From Octopus sinensis (Eukaryota), in assembly GCF_006345805.1 (NCBI RefSeq), contig NC_043000.1, positions 82,832,001-82,896,000 of the forward strand: a stretch of 64,000 nucleotides of DNA, in the 5' to 3' direction. The position numbers and the translations under genes are program-made. Below are positions 61,988 through 64,000 of the stretch, piece by piece; the stretch's first letter is position 1, and the number at the start of each line of letters is the position of its first letter. The notes under the pieces were generated by a model. It was not told the DNA's origin and did not search any database. It worked only from the letters and a program-made list of their open reading frames with translations.

Positions 61988-62214
61988 GTGAGTTACTTAC
62001 TACTTCTTTTAGTTTTTGTAGTTATTATTGTTACACATTTAACATGAACACCATGAAAACTGCTATTAATGTAGTGACAAGGAAACCTGATGAGAGTATT
62101 AAAAAATAATAAATATTACATTTATTCTTATAGGAAAGCAAACTTTTATGTAAGTGTGCGTGTGTGTGTATTAATTGGGTTTATATTTCTAGACGTAAAG
62201 AATTTGTGCTATCT

Positions 62215-62532
62215 TAATTAGGAGTACTCCGTCAGTTATGACGACGAGGGTCCCAGCTGATACTATCAATGGAAAAGTTAGCTTGTGAAATTAATGTGCA
62301 AGTGGCTGAGCACTCCACAGACACATGTACCCTTAACATAGTTCTCAGGGAGATTCAGTGTGACACACAGTGTGGAAAGTCCAGCCCTTTGAAATACAGG
62401 TACTACTCATTTTTGCCAGCTAAGTGGACTGGAGCAACGTGAAAATAAAGGACACGACGTGTTGCCGGGAATTGAAGTCACAACCTTACAATCATGGGCC
62501 GAATGCCCTAACCACTAAGCCATGCGCCTTCA
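62215..62532 (-). mobile_element. tRNA/CORE SINE
   Basis: Reverse complement head 'ggcgcatggcttagtggttagggc', CORE 'cacgttgctccagtccacttagctg'. Confidence 0.8.
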
Positions 62533-62792
62533 TGCTATCTTAATTAAATTACATATGACAAACAGCCATAGAATATAAACACATTTGTTTATCGTTGTAC
62601 CATAATATATATCTATCCGTTTGTTGATCTATTTCATCATCATAATCATTTAACAGCCATATTCCATGCTGACATGGGTTAAACGGTTTGAGAGGGAACT
62701 GGAAAGCCAGAGGGCTGCATCAGGTTCCTGTCTGATGTGGCATAGTTTCTATGGATGGCTGCCTTTCCTAACATCGTGTGTGTGCGTGGTAT

Positions 62793-63125
62793 GAAGGCGC
62801 ATGGCTCAGTGGTTAGAGCATCACGCTTATGATTGTGAGGTTGTGAGTTCAATTCCTGGGCCGGGCTGTGTGTTGTGTTCGTGAGCAAGACTCTATATTT
62901 CACGTTGCTCCAGTTAACTCAGTTGTAGAAATGAGTTGCGACATCACTGGTGCCAAGCTGTATTGGCCTTTGCCTTTCCCTTGGATTACATCAGTAGTGT
63001 GGAGAGGGGAGGCTGGTATGCATGGGCGACTGCTGGCCTTCCACAAACAACCTTGCCCGGACTTGTGCCACGGAAAGTAACTTTCTAGGTGCAGTCCCTT
63101 GGTCATTCATGACTGAAGCGGGTCT
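62793..63125 (+). mobile_element. tRNA/CORE SINE, CpG-decayed
   Basis: 'ggcgcatggctcagtggttagagc...gagttcaattcc'; collinear with 34428. Confidence 0.85.
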
Positions 63126-64000
63126 CCAATATATATATGTGCGCGTGTGTGTGTATATATATATATATGTAGTTACATATATATCTTTGTACCATAATAT
63201 AAAATATATTCACATTTGGGTATACATAATATATTATGGGAGAAAAAGTAGTAAGTATATGTAAAAGACTTTTATTCATTCATTTGAAACTAGAGTCACT
63301 CTACCACTTGCCAATTTCTCATATTGTATAATGTTTCAAATGACAAAAAGGTGAACCTTTTGTCCCCCTACAGAAACTCTGAGTGATGGATTGAATCATC
63401 AGTTGGTACACAGACTTAATGGATTTTAAACCAATTAACTCAGCCATAGTACTTATTTTTTATTTTAAGTTTGGTACTTATAGAATATTTTTATATGAGA
63501 TGGCAAAGTGACAGAATTTAAACAAACCTACACCAATGGTCAAACAGCAAAGCACAGTCATGATGCACACACAGACACGCACAACATGGTTTCAATTTCT
63601 TAACCACACACCCATCCCTATATATATAATTGAAGAGCTTTTGCACAGCTTCCATCTACTAAATTCACTTGCAAGGTATTGGTCATTTGGGTGCTATGGA
63701 GGAAAGCACTTGTTCAAGGTACTGCACAATGGAACACAACCCAAGACCATGTAGTTGAAGAAAAGCAAATTTATTTACTCAGCTGTGCCTGCACTTTGTA
63801 TATATTTATGATTTGCAGGTATGCATGTGTGATTAAAAGTTATAGTCTGATATCGCTTCTTATATTGAAGTCTTGGGTTGATCAGTATCCTGTGGATGTA
63901 GTTGTGTTTACAGAAACTCTTCAAAAACCTATCATACGTCTCTATGTATCTGTGTTTGTGTATTTTAACACACCTAGTTGTAAAAGGAATGATGCTTCAA

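Noticed and set aside
63373-63405. Candidate next SYNCRIP exon after 'cctacag'
   Set aside because: Phase-1 translation (ETLSDGLNHQL) does not resemble the expected xxHxxLDERA continuation.

Overview
Repeat-dense, AT-rich eukaryotic (animal) genomic DNA. The microsatellite load and the tRNA-derived SINE families look like a coleoid cephalopod, probably Octopus (inference from recall, not a search). The one host coding exon I can support is the first coding exon of an hnRNP Q/R (SYNCRIP-like) gene at 61807-61987 (+), preceded by a CpG-free stretch and, further upstream, a candidate promoter region. The rest is transposon landscape: a near full-length but disabled CR1-group LINE (11285-~15550, minus), two R4/Dong-type elements, Penelope-like (PLE) RT and GIY-YIG remnants, RTE, mariner, maT and pogo remnants, many non-autonomous Helitrons including a 3-kb tandem array, MITE/foldback palindromes and many SINEs. 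Most interesting: (1) several minimal hammerhead-ribozyme motifs, including a head-to-head pair of retroposons that combine a tRNA-like head with a hammerhead; (2) a correctly phased G-GGA-AAT -1 slippery heptamer directly before the LINE ORF1 stop, with ORF2 open in the -1 frame and lacking its own ATG; (3) A-poor/G-rich islands and an all-G.U hairpin in a PLE 3' region that could be a retro-copied, ADAR-edited transcript. All family calls come from manual motif reading; no databases were searched.
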